Positions 17,916-26,530 of a stretch of 64,000 nt of DNA are shown here, piece after piece. The position numbers and the translations under genes were made by a program. Location of the stretch: contig JBEKVO010000005.1 of the NCBI GenBank assembly GCA_049513895.1, positions 13,389-77,388 of the forward strand, written 5' to 3'. Position 1 is the first letter of the stretch; each line of letters opens with the position of its first letter. Under the pieces are notes generated by a model. That model had not been told where the DNA came from. It was given only the letters and a program-made list of their open reading frames with translations, and did no database searches. Source of the stretch: Rectinemataceae bacterium. Its GTDB lineage: Bacteria > Spirochaetota > Spirochaetia > Treponematales > Rectinemataceae.

Positions 17916-20846
17916 GTGGCTATCGTGGACATCTTTACCAACTGCGTCATCACCGCATCTGACGAGAAGCAGGCGGAGGTCTTTCGCGCTCTTATTGCCA
18001 GGCGCATCGAGGCGGGCCTCTACCCGCGCGAGATAGACTTCACCGTGTGCGCGGATCCCCCCGGAGGCAGGGTCGGATCGGGCGGCGGCACGCTGTGGGC
18101 GCTCCGCGGCGTGGCTGCACGGCTGGAACTTGAAAGAAAAATCCTTGGAATGGGAGGCTCGCGAGTCCTCATCATCCATGCGGGAGGCGAATCGCGCAGG
18201 CTTCCTGCCTATGTTCCCGAAGGCAAGCTGTTCGCCCCCTTGCCTTCCCCTTCGAGCAGTCTCGTGCAGCCCGTCATTTTCGATCACATGCTCGCTCTAT
18301 TCCTGCGCTACCCCTGGCGGGACGACGAGCTGGTGGTCTGCTCGGGGGACGTGGTCATCGATTTCGAGACCGAGCTCCTGGACCTGCCCGATGGGCCTTT
18401 ATGCGGATTCGCCGCTCCCGATTCTTTCGAGCGCGGCTCGAGGCACGGGGTATTCGCCTTCGACCCGCTTACAGGCGCCGTGGCCGATTATTTCCAGAAA
18501 GCCTCGAAGGAGACGCTGGAGCGTGAGGCCAGGATGGATGGCCGGGACGCCTGCGCGGTGGATCTCGGCATCGCCTCGTTCCGAGGACAAGCCCTCGAAG
18601 CGCTGAAGGAGCTCGCCGATAGGCGCATCGGATCCATTACCGGGTCGAGCGACGAGGCGTTCCGCTTCGATCTCTATCTCGAGTTGATGAGCGCCTGCCT
18701 CGGGAATCTCGATCTCGAGTCCTATGTCGCACGCGTTAAGGCATCCAGCCGTCTCTCTCGAGCGGCTCTGGAGGAAATGTATGAGCTCTTTCATCCCTGC
18801 GGCCTCTCCGGGGTATTGGTGAAAAGCCCCCTGTTTTTGCATTTCGGGAGCGCCGCGGAGTATCCCTCGGCATGCGCCGAGCTGTGCGAGAAGGGCCATG
18901 CGGCCTTTTACGCGTTGCCCGGCGAGGAGCTCGTACCCGAGGCTGGAAGATCGCTGGTCCGATTTTCCTGCTTCGATACCGAATTCGACCTGCGCGGCCC
19001 CGGATCCTATGCCGAGAATTGCTGCAAGCTTCGCGCCGCCCTCGAGGGAGAGAATATGCTCGTCGGTGTCCAAGCTCTCGAGCTTCGCGATCCCTTGCCT
19101 CGCGGAATCTGCATCGACGAGCGCCGCATCGGCTCCGGTCGCGGCGTCGAATCATATAGGCTTGTGTATCATTTCGGCGATACCTTCAAACCCGTTTCTT
19201 CAATGAGCGCCGCCCGATTCTGCGGCATCGGGATGAAGGAGTGGCTCGAGGAGCGTACTCTCGCGGGGGAGGATATCGGCGTCGGCGAGGGACCCTTCGA
19301 TCTCTATCGAGCGGAATTGTTCACGGCTTCCGGCGACGGGGATTTTCTCTCGGGCTACTGGCGTCGTCCGAGCGATCCCGCGGAATGGGGGCGGAAGTTC
19401 AAGGGCTCCAGGCGAATCTCCATCGCGTGGGCCAATGAAAATTCGGACGCCTCGGCGCGGGATCGAGAGAGGTCGCACATGCGCGAAGGTGAATTGAAGG
19501 CCGTGTTGGGGCGCGGCGGTTTCTTCGCCCTGCCCGCGGGAGACCTGGCGATCCTCGTCTCGGCCGGGCTTGATACGGCCGTCCTCGCGAAGCGCTACGC
19601 GACTACCGACGATCCCCTTTTAAAATCGTATAGGGGCGCCGCCCTCAGGAAGGCGGGGGTCGCCGGAATCCCCGCCGGCGAGCGCATCGAAATGAATTTC
19701 GCCCCAAAACTCGGCGGCGAGGGCTTACGGATATCGGTAAAGCTGGACCAGATAGTATGGGCTCGCTCCCCCGCGCGGCTCGACATAGCCGGCGGATGGA
19801 CCGATACGCCGCCCTATACGAATCGCTATGGTGGGGCGGTAGTCAATCTCGCCGTCGATCTGAACGGACAGAGCCCGATACAGGTATTCATTCGGCGGAC
19901 GCCCGAGCCGCGGATCCGCATCCATTCCATCGATATCGGCCTGACCGAAACCATAACCGACACGACGGGGATACGCGGCTACCGCGATCCGGGCTCTCCC
20001 TTTGCGCTGCCGAAGGCGGCTCTTGTCCTTCTCGGGCTCGGCGCCGGGCTGGCCGACGGAGCGCCCCTGTCCCCCGCGCTCGAGGCGGCGGGGGGAGGCC
20101 TCGAGCTGACCCTGCTCTCCGCCATCCCGAAGGGCTCGGGCCTCGGCACCTCGTCGATACTCGCGGGCACGATCCTGGCTGCGCTCGAGCGTTTTTTCGG
20201 CCAATCGAGCCCCCCCGAAACGCTCTTTCTCCAGGTTCTCGAGATGGAGCAGATGTTGACGACGGGTGGCGGCTGGCAGGATCAGATCGGCGGCTTGGCG
20301 GGCGGGGTCAAATATATCGAGTCGCGCCCGGGCTTAAAGCCGCGGCCGATGATCCATCAATTGGATCCCTGGGCCTTCGAGGATCCTTCGAGCGTGGAGC
20401 TCATGACGCTCTTTTATTCCGGTGTGACCCGCCTCGCGAAGAATATATTGCAGGACGTCGTGGCTCGGGTGAACGGGATGGAACGGGCCTACCTCTTCAC
20501 GCACGGGCGGCTCGCGAACCTGGCCCGCGGCGCCCGCGACGCGATATCCCTGCGGGATCTCGTTATGCTCAGACGGATCGTCGCGGAGTCTTTCCGTGAG
20601 AACAAGCTCATCCACGCGAGCACGACGAACGGGGAAATCGACGCGATGGCGGCGAGGACTGCCCCTTATTGCGGGGGGATGAAGCTCCTCGGCGCGGGCG
20701 GCGGCGGCTTTGCCCTGTTCTTGTCCCCCGATCGCGGCGCGGTAGATGCCCTCAGAGGGATACTGACGCGCGAGTTCGAGGACGACCGCGCCCGCATCGT
20801 CGATTTTTCGCTGAATAAAAGAGGACTTCAGGTTACGGTGAGCTGA
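17916..20846 (+). CDS. fkp: Bifunctional L-fucokinase / fucose-1-phosphate guanylyltransferase
   Basis: N-terminal fucokinase/nucleotidyltransferase region (DPPGGRVGSGGGTLWAL), C-terminal GHMP kinase motif PKGSGLGTSS; GTG start. Confidence 0.8.
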   Translation: MAIVDIFTNCVITASDEKQAEVFRALIARRIEAGLYPREIDFTVCADPPGGRVGSGGGTLWALRGVAARLELERKILGMGGSRVLIIHAGGESRRLPAYVPEGKLFAPLPSPSSSLVQPVIFDHMLALFLRYPWRDDELVVCSGDVVIDFETELLDLPDGPLCGFAAPDSFERGSRHGVFAFDPLTGAVADYFQKASKETLEREARMDGRDACAVDLGIASFRGQALEALKELADRRIGSITGSSDEAFRFDLYLELMSACLGNLDLESYVARVKASSRLSRAALEEMYELFHPCGLSGVLVKSPLFLHFGSAAEYPSACAELCEKGHAAFYALPGEELVPEAGRSLVRFSCFDTEFDLRGPGSYAENCCKLRAALEGENMLVGVQALELRDPLPRGICIDERRIGSGRGVESYRLVYHFGDTFKPVSSMSAARFCGIGMKEWLEERTLAGEDIGVGEGPFDLYRAELFTASGDGDFLSGYWRRPSDPAEWGRKFKGSRRISIAWANENSDASARDRERSHMREGELKAVLGRGGFFALPAGDLAILVSAGLDTAVLAKRYATTDDPLLKSYRGAALRKAGVAGIPAGERIEMNFAPKLGGEGLRISVKLDQIVWARSPARLDIAGGWTDTPPYTNRYGGAVVNLAVDLNGQSPIQVFIRRTPEPRIRIHSIDIGLTETITDTTGIRGYRDPGSPFALPKAALVLLGLGAGLADGAPLSPALEAAGGGLELTLLSAIPKGSGLGTSSILAGTILAALERFFGQSSPPETLFLQVLEMEQMLTTGGGWQDQIGGLAGGVKYIESRPGLKPRPMIHQLDPWAFEDPSSVELMTLFYSGVTRLAKNILQDVVARVNGMERAYLFTHGRLANLARGARDAISLRDLVMLRRIVAESFRENKLIHASTTNGEIDAMAARTAPYCGGMKLLGAGGGGFALFLSPDRGAVDALRGILTREFEDDRARIVDFSLNKRGLQVTVS

Positions 20847-20865
20847 GCATCCTAATGGAGGGGAA

Positions 20866-22182
20866 ATGAATATTACGATCATCGGCGCCGGCTACGTCGG
20901 CCTCGTCACGGGAGCCTGCCTCGCCGAGAGCGGCAACGACGTCGTCTGCGCGGACATAGACGAGGCCAAAATCGGCAGGCTCCTCGAGGGAGGGATCCCG
21001 ATTTACGAGCCCGGCCTCGCCGAGCTGATAGCCCAGAACCGCGAGGACGGCCGCATCGATTTTACGACCGACCTGCGCCGTGGCATCGAGCACGGCGACA
21101 TACTGTTCATCGCCGTCGGAACGCCCATGAGCGAAAACGGGGAGCCCGACCTCTCCTACGTTTTCGCGGCCGCAAAGGATATCGGTTCCCACATGGATCG
21201 CTACAAGGTCGTCGTGGACAAGTCGACCGTTCCCGTCGGCACGGCGGACAAGGTGGCGGAGATCATCGGGAAGAGCGCGAAGCACGAATACGACGTCGTC
21301 TCCAATCCCGAATTCCTGAAGGAGGGCACGGCGATAGTCGATTTCATGAAGCCCGACCGGGTAGTGGTCGGCGGAAGCTCGAAGCGGGCCCTCGACATGA
21401 TGCACGAGCTCTACGAGCCCTTCCTCCGGACCTTCCACCCCCTCATCGTCATGGATATCCGCAGCGCGGAGATGTCGAAGTACGCGGCGAATTGCTTTCT
21501 CGCCACGAAGATTTCGTTCATCAACGAGATATCGAATCTTTGCGAGAAGACGGGGGCCGACATCGCCGCGGTGCGCGAGGCGATCGGGGCCGACAGACGC
21601 ATCGGCTACGAGTTTCTCTTCCCCGGCGTCGGGTACGGGGGCTCCTGTTTCCCTAAAGACGTACGGGCCCTTATTCATACCGGCCACGAGCTCGGGGCCG
21701 ACATGAAGATCCTCCGCGCCGTCGAGGACGTCAACCTGGACCAGAAGTCCTCGCTGGTCGCGAAGATACTCGCGCGCTTCGGAAAGGGCGCGGGCGCCGG
21801 GAGCCTCGAGGGTTCGTGCTTCGGCCTCTGGGGCCTGAGCTTCAAGCCGCAGACGGACGACATGCGCGCGGCCCCGTCGCTGGTGATCGCGAAGAGGCTC
21901 ACCGAGCTCGGGGCGAGGGTGAAGGCCTTCGACCCGGAGGCCATGGCCGAGGCGAGGAAGGCCCTCGGCGATTCCGTCGAGTACGCGGAGAACTCCTACC
22001 GGGCGCTGGAGGGATGCGACGCCCTCGTGCTCGTGACGGAGTGGAACGAATTCCGCCGTCCATCCTGGCAGCGGGTAAAGTCCGCGATGCGCGGGAGAGT
22101 GATCTTCGACGGCCGGAACATCTACGATCCCAAGCGGCTCCGGGAGGAAGGCTTCGAGTACTACGGCATGGGGCGGGCGTGA
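20866..22182 (+). CDS. ugd: UDP-glucose 6-dehydrogenase
   Basis: MNITIIGAGYVGLVTGACLA Rossmann start, GGSCFPKD catalytic Cys motif. Confidence 0.9.
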   Translation: MNITIIGAGYVGLVTGACLAESGNDVVCADIDEAKIGRLLEGGIPIYEPGLAELIAQNREDGRIDFTTDLRRGIEHGDILFIAVGTPMSENGEPDLSYVFAAAKDIGSHMDRYKVVVDKSTVPVGTADKVAEIIGKSAKHEYDVVSNPEFLKEGTAIVDFMKPDRVVVGGSSKRALDMMHELYEPFLRTFHPLIVMDIRSAEMSKYAANCFLATKISFINEISNLCEKTGADIAAVREAIGADRRIGYEFLFPGVGYGGSCFPKDVRALIHTGHELGADMKILRAVEDVNLDQKSSLVAKILARFGKGAGAGSLEGSCFGLWGLSFKPQTDDMRAAPSLVIAKRLTELGARVKAFDPEAMAEARKALGDSVEYAENSYRALEGCDALVLVTEWNEFRRPSWQRVKSAMRGRVIFDGRNIYDPKRLREEGFEYYGMGRA

Positions 22183-23162
22183 GGGCCCTCGTGGCCGGCG
22201 CCGCCGGATTCCTCGGCTCGCACCTCTGCGACAGGCTCGTGGCCGAAGGCTTCGAAGTCCTGGCGGTCGACAATCTCTATACCGGCCGGAGGAAGAACCT
22301 GTGCCATCTCGAAGGAGTACGGGGTTTCAGCTTCCTCGAGCGCGATATCACGCGTCCTATCGAGCCCGCCGCGGCGGGCTCGCTAGACCTGATTTTCAAC
22401 CTCGCCTGTCCCGCATCGCCGCCGCACTATCAGCGCGATCCCATTTTCACGCTGGATACGAACTACCTGGGGACGAAGAACCTCCTCGAGCTCGCCGCGT
22501 CCAAGAAGGCGAGAATTCTCCAGGCCTCGACGAGCGAGGTATACGGCGACCCCGCCGTCCATCCCCAGAGGGAGGATTATTGGGGAAACGTCAATTGCTT
22601 CGGCCCGCGGAGCTGCTACGACGAGGGCAAGCGGATCGCAGAGACGCTCATGCTCGAGTACGCGCGCAAGTACGGGATCGAGATCAAGGTTGTCCGGATC
22701 TTCAACACCTACGGCCCGCGCATGGACCCCGACGACGGCCGCATCGTCTCTAATTTCATCGTACAGGCCCTGAAGGGGAGGCCCATGACCATTTACGGCG
22801 ACGGGAGCCAGACACGATCCTTCTGCTACGTCGACGATCTCGTCGAGGGTTTCCTGCGGATGGCGAGGAGCGAGCCCTCGCTTACCGGCCCCATCAATAT
22901 AGGGAATCCGGGCGAGTTCACCGTGCGCGAGGCCGCGGAGATCGTCAAGGAATTGACGGCTTCCCCTTCGGAGATCGTCTATCGCCCATCGCCCGGCGAC
23001 GATCCGAAAAGGCGCAAGCCCGAAATCGGTCTCGCGGTTTCGAGGCTCGGATGGCGCCCCGAGGTTCCCTTCCGGGAGGGACTACTGCGCGCGATCGAAT
23101 ATTTCCGCGATCCCGATGCGTGGAGTCCGAAGGTCTCGGGACGACGAGGGACCGGCTTTTAG
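22179..23162 (+). CDS. UDP-glucuronate decarboxylase (UDP-xylose synthase)
   Basis: GAAGFLGSHL Rossmann motif, SCYDEGKR catalytic motif; GTGA start/stop overlap with ugd; upstream part of track ORF 21816.. is inside ugd. Confidence 0.85.
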   Translation: MRALVAGAAGFLGSHLCDRLVAEGFEVLAVDNLYTGRRKNLCHLEGVRGFSFLERDITRPIEPAAAGSLDLIFNLACPASPPHYQRDPIFTLDTNYLGTKNLLELAASKKARILQASTSEVYGDPAVHPQREDYWGNVNCFGPRSCYDEGKRIAETLMLEYARKYGIEIKVVRIFNTYGPRMDPDDGRIVSNFIVQALKGRPMTIYGDGSQTRSFCYVDDLVEGFLRMARSEPSLTGPINIGNPGEFTVREAAEIVKELTASPSEIVYRPSPGDDPKRRKPEIGLAVSRLGWRPEVPFREGLLRAIEYFRDPDAWSPKVSGRRGTGF

Positions 23163-23515
23163 GCCCGAGCGAGCTGCTTGTAGAGCTGGTCCGCGAGGCC
23201 GAAGCCGGCGTTTTTGGCCATGGACCTGGAGTACTCGTCGTCGAGCATATCCGAGTAGATATCCTCCGCCCAGCCGCCCGAGAGGAGGGAATCGGTCTTG
23301 TCGACGCTGTTGCGCATCTCCTTGAGCATCATTTTGACGAAGATCGATTCGAATTCCTGGCATTGCTCGAAGAGTTTGGATTTTTTGTCGACGTGGGAAG
23401 CATCCGCGACGCGGGCCCCCGTACCCGCGACCTGGGCCGCGCCGGAGGGGTGGCGCCCCGTAGGGGCGACCAGTGGCTTGTTGTGGAATTGAAGCAGTGC
23501 CGCGTCGATTTGCAT
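23159..23515 (-). CDS. flgJ: Flagellar rod-binding protein (FlgJ N-terminal domain-like)
   Basis: EFESIFVKMMLKEMR...GGWAEDIYSDMLDDEYS...GFGLADQLY pattern of rod-binding domain; directly downstream of flgG. Confidence 0.55.
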   Translation of the reverse strand: MQIDAALLQFHNKPLVAPTGRHPSGAAQVAGTGARVADASHVDKKSKLFEQCQEFESIFVKMMLKEMRNSVDKTDSLLSGGWAEDIYSDMLDDEYSRSMAKNAGFGLADQLYKQLARA

Positions 23516-23524
23516 TTCATCTTC

Positions 23525-24319
23525 CTATCGCTTGAGGCTGGTCGCGGTAGCGAGCATGTTGTCGCTGGTCTGGATGGCTTTGGAGTTGAACTCGTAGGCG
23601 CGCTGGGCGACTATCATGTTCACCATCTCGCGGACGACCGACACGTTGGACATTTCCAGGAACTTGTGGACAGTCTTGCCCATGCCGTCGAAGCCCGGGC
23701 GCCCCGCGATGGGGTTGCCTGAGGCGTTGGATAGCTTATAGAGGTCGTCGCCGACGGAGGTGAGGCCGACGGGGTTGGCGAAGCGGTAGAGCTCGAGCTG
23801 GCCGACCTGGATCGGATCGTCGCGGCCGGGCACCTTTACGCTGACCCGTCCGTCCTGGGAGACGGAGAGCGTTTCGGGGATATAGCCCTGCGGCAGGGTG
23901 AGTTCGGGCATGAGCTTGTAGCCGTCGGAGGTGACGAACTGGCCGTTGGAGTCGATCTTGAAGGCGCCGTCCCGTGTGTACGCGAAGGAGCCGTCGTAGG
24001 TCATGATGCGGAAGAATCCGTCGCCCTGGATGGCTATGTCGGATAGGTTCTCGGTGTTCTGGAGGGCACCCTGGAGGAACTCGCGCTGGGTGGCCGCGAG
24101 CTTGACGCCGTGGCCCATCTGTATCGGCACGGGGACGACGGTGTCCTCGGTGGCGGGGGTGCCGGCGACCTGGGTTGTCTGGTAAATGAGGTCTTCGAAG
24201 TCGGCCCGCATTTTTTTGAAACCTGGAGTGTTGACGTTTGCCAGGTTGTTGGAGATGGTGTCTATGCTCGACTGCTGGCCGATCATTCCGCTCGCGGCGG
24301 TCCACAAACTACGGACCAT
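23525..24319 (-). CDS. flgG: Flagellar basal-body distal rod protein FlgG
   Basis: MVRSLWTAASGMIGQQSSIDTISNNLANVNTPGFKK and C-terminal VNMIVAQRAYEFNSKAIQTSD. Confidence 0.9.
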   Translation of the reverse strand: MVRSLWTAASGMIGQQSSIDTISNNLANVNTPGFKKMRADFEDLIYQTTQVAGTPATEDTVVPVPIQMGHGVKLAATQREFLQGALQNTENLSDIAIQGDGFFRIMTYDGSFAYTRDGAFKIDSNGQFVTSDGYKLMPELTLPQGYIPETLSVSQDGRVSVKVPGRDDPIQVGQLELYRFANPVGLTSVGDDLYKLSNASGNPIAGRPGFDGMGKTVHKFLEMSNVSVVREMVNMIVAQRAYEFNSKAIQTSDNMLATATSLKR

Positions 24320-24380
24320 ATATCACTCCTCTTAGGCCAATTCAATGAATTTCCCGACATACTAGCGGGCGAAGCGAGCT

Positions 24381-25232
24381 TTATCCTACGCGCGCTACTT
24401 CGTTTATAAGCCTCCCGAGCATCGAGTCCTCGGACTGTATGGTTTTTTGATTGGCTTCGTAGGCGCGGTTCACTTCTATCATCCGCACCATCTCGAGGAC
24501 CGGATTGACATTGCTGGCCTCGACGAAGCCCTGGGATATCTTGGGTCGAGAGCCGGCGGCCAGGACGGCCGCGTCGCCGGATTCCTCGGTGGAGCGCCAG
24601 AGGCTCGAGCCCTGTTTGGCGATGAATCGGTCTTTCGGGAAATCGACTATCTTCAGGGTGTCGAGCTTTTGCAGACCTTCCCACGTATTCTCTTCGCGCG
24701 AGACGAGGCGGAAGGGGTCGGCCTGGAAGTCTTTATTTACGAAGATATTGCCGTTCTTATCCACTTTGAAGTTATTCGCCTTCACTTCGATAGGGCCTTT
24801 CTCTCCGAGGACGGGGTAGCCTTCCTTGGTCTCGAGCAGGCCTTCCTTGCCGAGAACGAAGGCTCCGGAGCGGGTGTAGCGCTCGCCATAGGGGGTCTGG
24901 ACGGTGAAGAAGCCCTTGCCGTCCATCGCGAGGTCGAAATCGTTTTCCGTCTGCTTGAGCGCGCCCTGTTCCTGCTCGGTGAAGATTTCGTTGTTCTCGA
25001 CGCCTGTGCCGATCTTGCCGATTACGGGGGCCGAGTCGCCGGAGCCGAAGGGGTTGAGGCTGACCCCGTCGTCGTTCGTGCGTCTTAGGAGGAGTTCCGC
25101 GAAGGCCTTGTGTACGGCGACGTCGCGCTTATAGCCTTCGGTATCGACGTTGGCGAGGTTGTTGGATATGGCGTCGAGCCGGATCTGCTGGGCGTTCATT
25201 CCGCTCGCACCGGTATACAGGCCTCGGATCAC
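24381..25232 (-). CDS. flgF: Flagellar basal-body rod protein, FlgF/FlgG family
   Basis: MIRGLYTGASGMNAQQIRLDAISNNLANVDTEGYKR and C-terminal MIEVNRAYEANQK. Confidence 0.75.
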   Translation of the reverse strand: MIRGLYTGASGMNAQQIRLDAISNNLANVDTEGYKRDVAVHKAFAELLLRRTNDDGVSLNPFGSGDSAPVIGKIGTGVENNEIFTEQEQGALKQTENDFDLAMDGKGFFTVQTPYGERYTRSGAFVLGKEGLLETKEGYPVLGEKGPIEVKANNFKVDKNGNIFVNKDFQADPFRLVSREENTWEGLQKLDTLKIVDFPKDRFIAKQGSSLWRSTEESGDAAVLAAGSRPKISQGFVEASNVNPVLEMVRMIEVNRAYEANQKTIQSEDSMLGRLINEVARVG

Positions 25233-25313
25233 GGTGATCCTCCTTCCTATGAAGTATCGGAAGGCGTGGGCCCAAGTTGACCCTTTTTATCCTGGGGAGA
25301 TATAGTAAAGAGC

Positions 25314-25646
25314 ATGAGAGAAATGCCGATGGGAATCGACCGCGAAGCGATCGTACGCGCGGTTTCGGCTGCTGTACAACCGAAAAAGATAATCCTGTTT
25401 GGGTCCAAAGCCCGGGGTGATGATAGGCCGGATAGCGATATGGATATCTGCGTGATCGTGGACAAGCTGGAAGGTCGGAATATCGACGCCACGATTGCGA
25501 TTAGGCACGAACTTCACAAGGAACCGATAGGGGCCTTCGATCTGGTATTATACGAGGAGAACAATTTCAACGAGCGGAGCGTTTTTCAAAGCACGTTCGA
25601 GCATACTATCCGCGATGAAGGGGTTCTCCTCTATGACCGTTCGTGA
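25314..25646 (+). CDS. mntA: MNT-type nucleotidyltransferase (antitoxin of HEPN-MNT module)
   Basis: ILFGSKARGDDRPDSDMDICVIV (G-S...D-x-D) minimal nucleotidyltransferase motif. Confidence 0.75.
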   Translation: MREMPMGIDREAIVRAVSAAVQPKKIILFGSKARGDDRPDSDMDICVIVDKLEGRNIDATIAIRHELHKEPIGAFDLVLYEENNFNERSVFQSTFEHTIRDEGVLLYDRS

Positions 25647-26016
25647 TCTCGCGGATGAATGGATCGATTACTCCTCCGCGGATTTGGCCTCGGCCCGATT
25701 TCTTTTAGCAATGAAACCGATGCCTGCCGAAATCATATGCTTCCATTGTCAGCAATCGGCCGAGAAATCGTTGAAAGCGTTATTGGCGCTCTGGGATCGG
25801 TCGATTCCGCGAACGCATGCGCTCGTCCAGCTTCTCGGGCTGATTGTACCCGACGCACCCAGCACGAAGGCGCTGGAAAGCGACGCGGAGTCCTTGACGG
25901 AATACGGATCCGATATTCGCTATCCTTCGAAGAAACCCCTGTCCGAATCCGACGCGCGCGAGGCGATCGCCGCCGCCGAGCGCGTGCTCGCGGCTGTAAG
26001 AAGCATCCTCGTCTAG
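25633..26016 (+). CDS. hepT: HEPN domain protein (toxin of HEPN-MNT module)
   Basis: Overlaps MNT gene by 14 nt; helical protein with SIPRTHALVQLL (R-x-H region) and DIRYP motif. Confidence 0.7.
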   Translation: MTVRDLADEWIDYSSADLASARFLLAMKPMPAEIICFHCQQSAEKSLKALLALWDRSIPRTHALVQLLGLIVPDAPSTKALESDAESLTEYGSDIRYPSKKPLSESDAREAIAAAERVLAAVRSILV

Positions 26017-26456
26017 ATCGTCACCAGCTTGCCTGAGTCTATTTCCTTGACGAAGATTCGGGCGAAGCGGCCGGAAGGCTCGGGCCCCGAGCCGGCGCAG
26101 TTGCTTTCGGCGAGGAAGTACATGACGTCGGCCATGTCGGCGAAGGACTCGCTGTTCGTCCAGCGGTAATAGATGCGGTCCCGCCACTTTACGAGGATGG
26201 AGAGGCGCCAAGGGTCTTTCTCGATGACGGGATCGCAGCGCTCGCGGAGGACGGCGCGAAGGCCGCCGTACCAGGAGCGTTGGAGGCAGAAAAGGTTGAG
26301 CTTCCCTTTGCGGTCCCGGTAATAGAGCTCGGCGATGCCGCCGATCGCGGGCACCGAGCGGGCTATATCGTATTTATCGGCCTTGGCGAAGGGGGACCAG
26401 CGAAGGCTGTAGTAAGCGTTGCCGCCCTCGTCCTCGCGGGTGATGACGTAATCCAC
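26013..26456 (-). CDS. Hypothetical protein
   Basis: 147-aa ORF with protein-like composition, no motif recognised. Confidence 0.45.
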   Translation of the reverse strand: MDYVITREDEGGNAYYSLRWSPFAKADKYDIARSVPAIGGIAELYYRDRKGKLNLFCLQRSWYGGLRAVLRERCDPVIEKDPWRLSILVKWRDRIYYRWTNSESFADMADVMYFLAESNCAGSGPEPSGRFARIFVKEIDSGKLVTI

Positions 26457-26493
26457 GGTATTAAGGATAGCACGCGGACCCCCCGCCCCTCAA

Positions 26494-26522
26494 TTGACAG
26501 TAAGAGCCCCTTCCGGGATACT
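26494..26522 (+). promoter_or_regulatory. Sigma70-like promoter TTGACA-17-GATACT ending 8 nt before the pyrG ATG
   Basis: Hexamers and spacing counted directly. Confidence 0.4.
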
Positions 26523-26530
26523 GAAAACCC

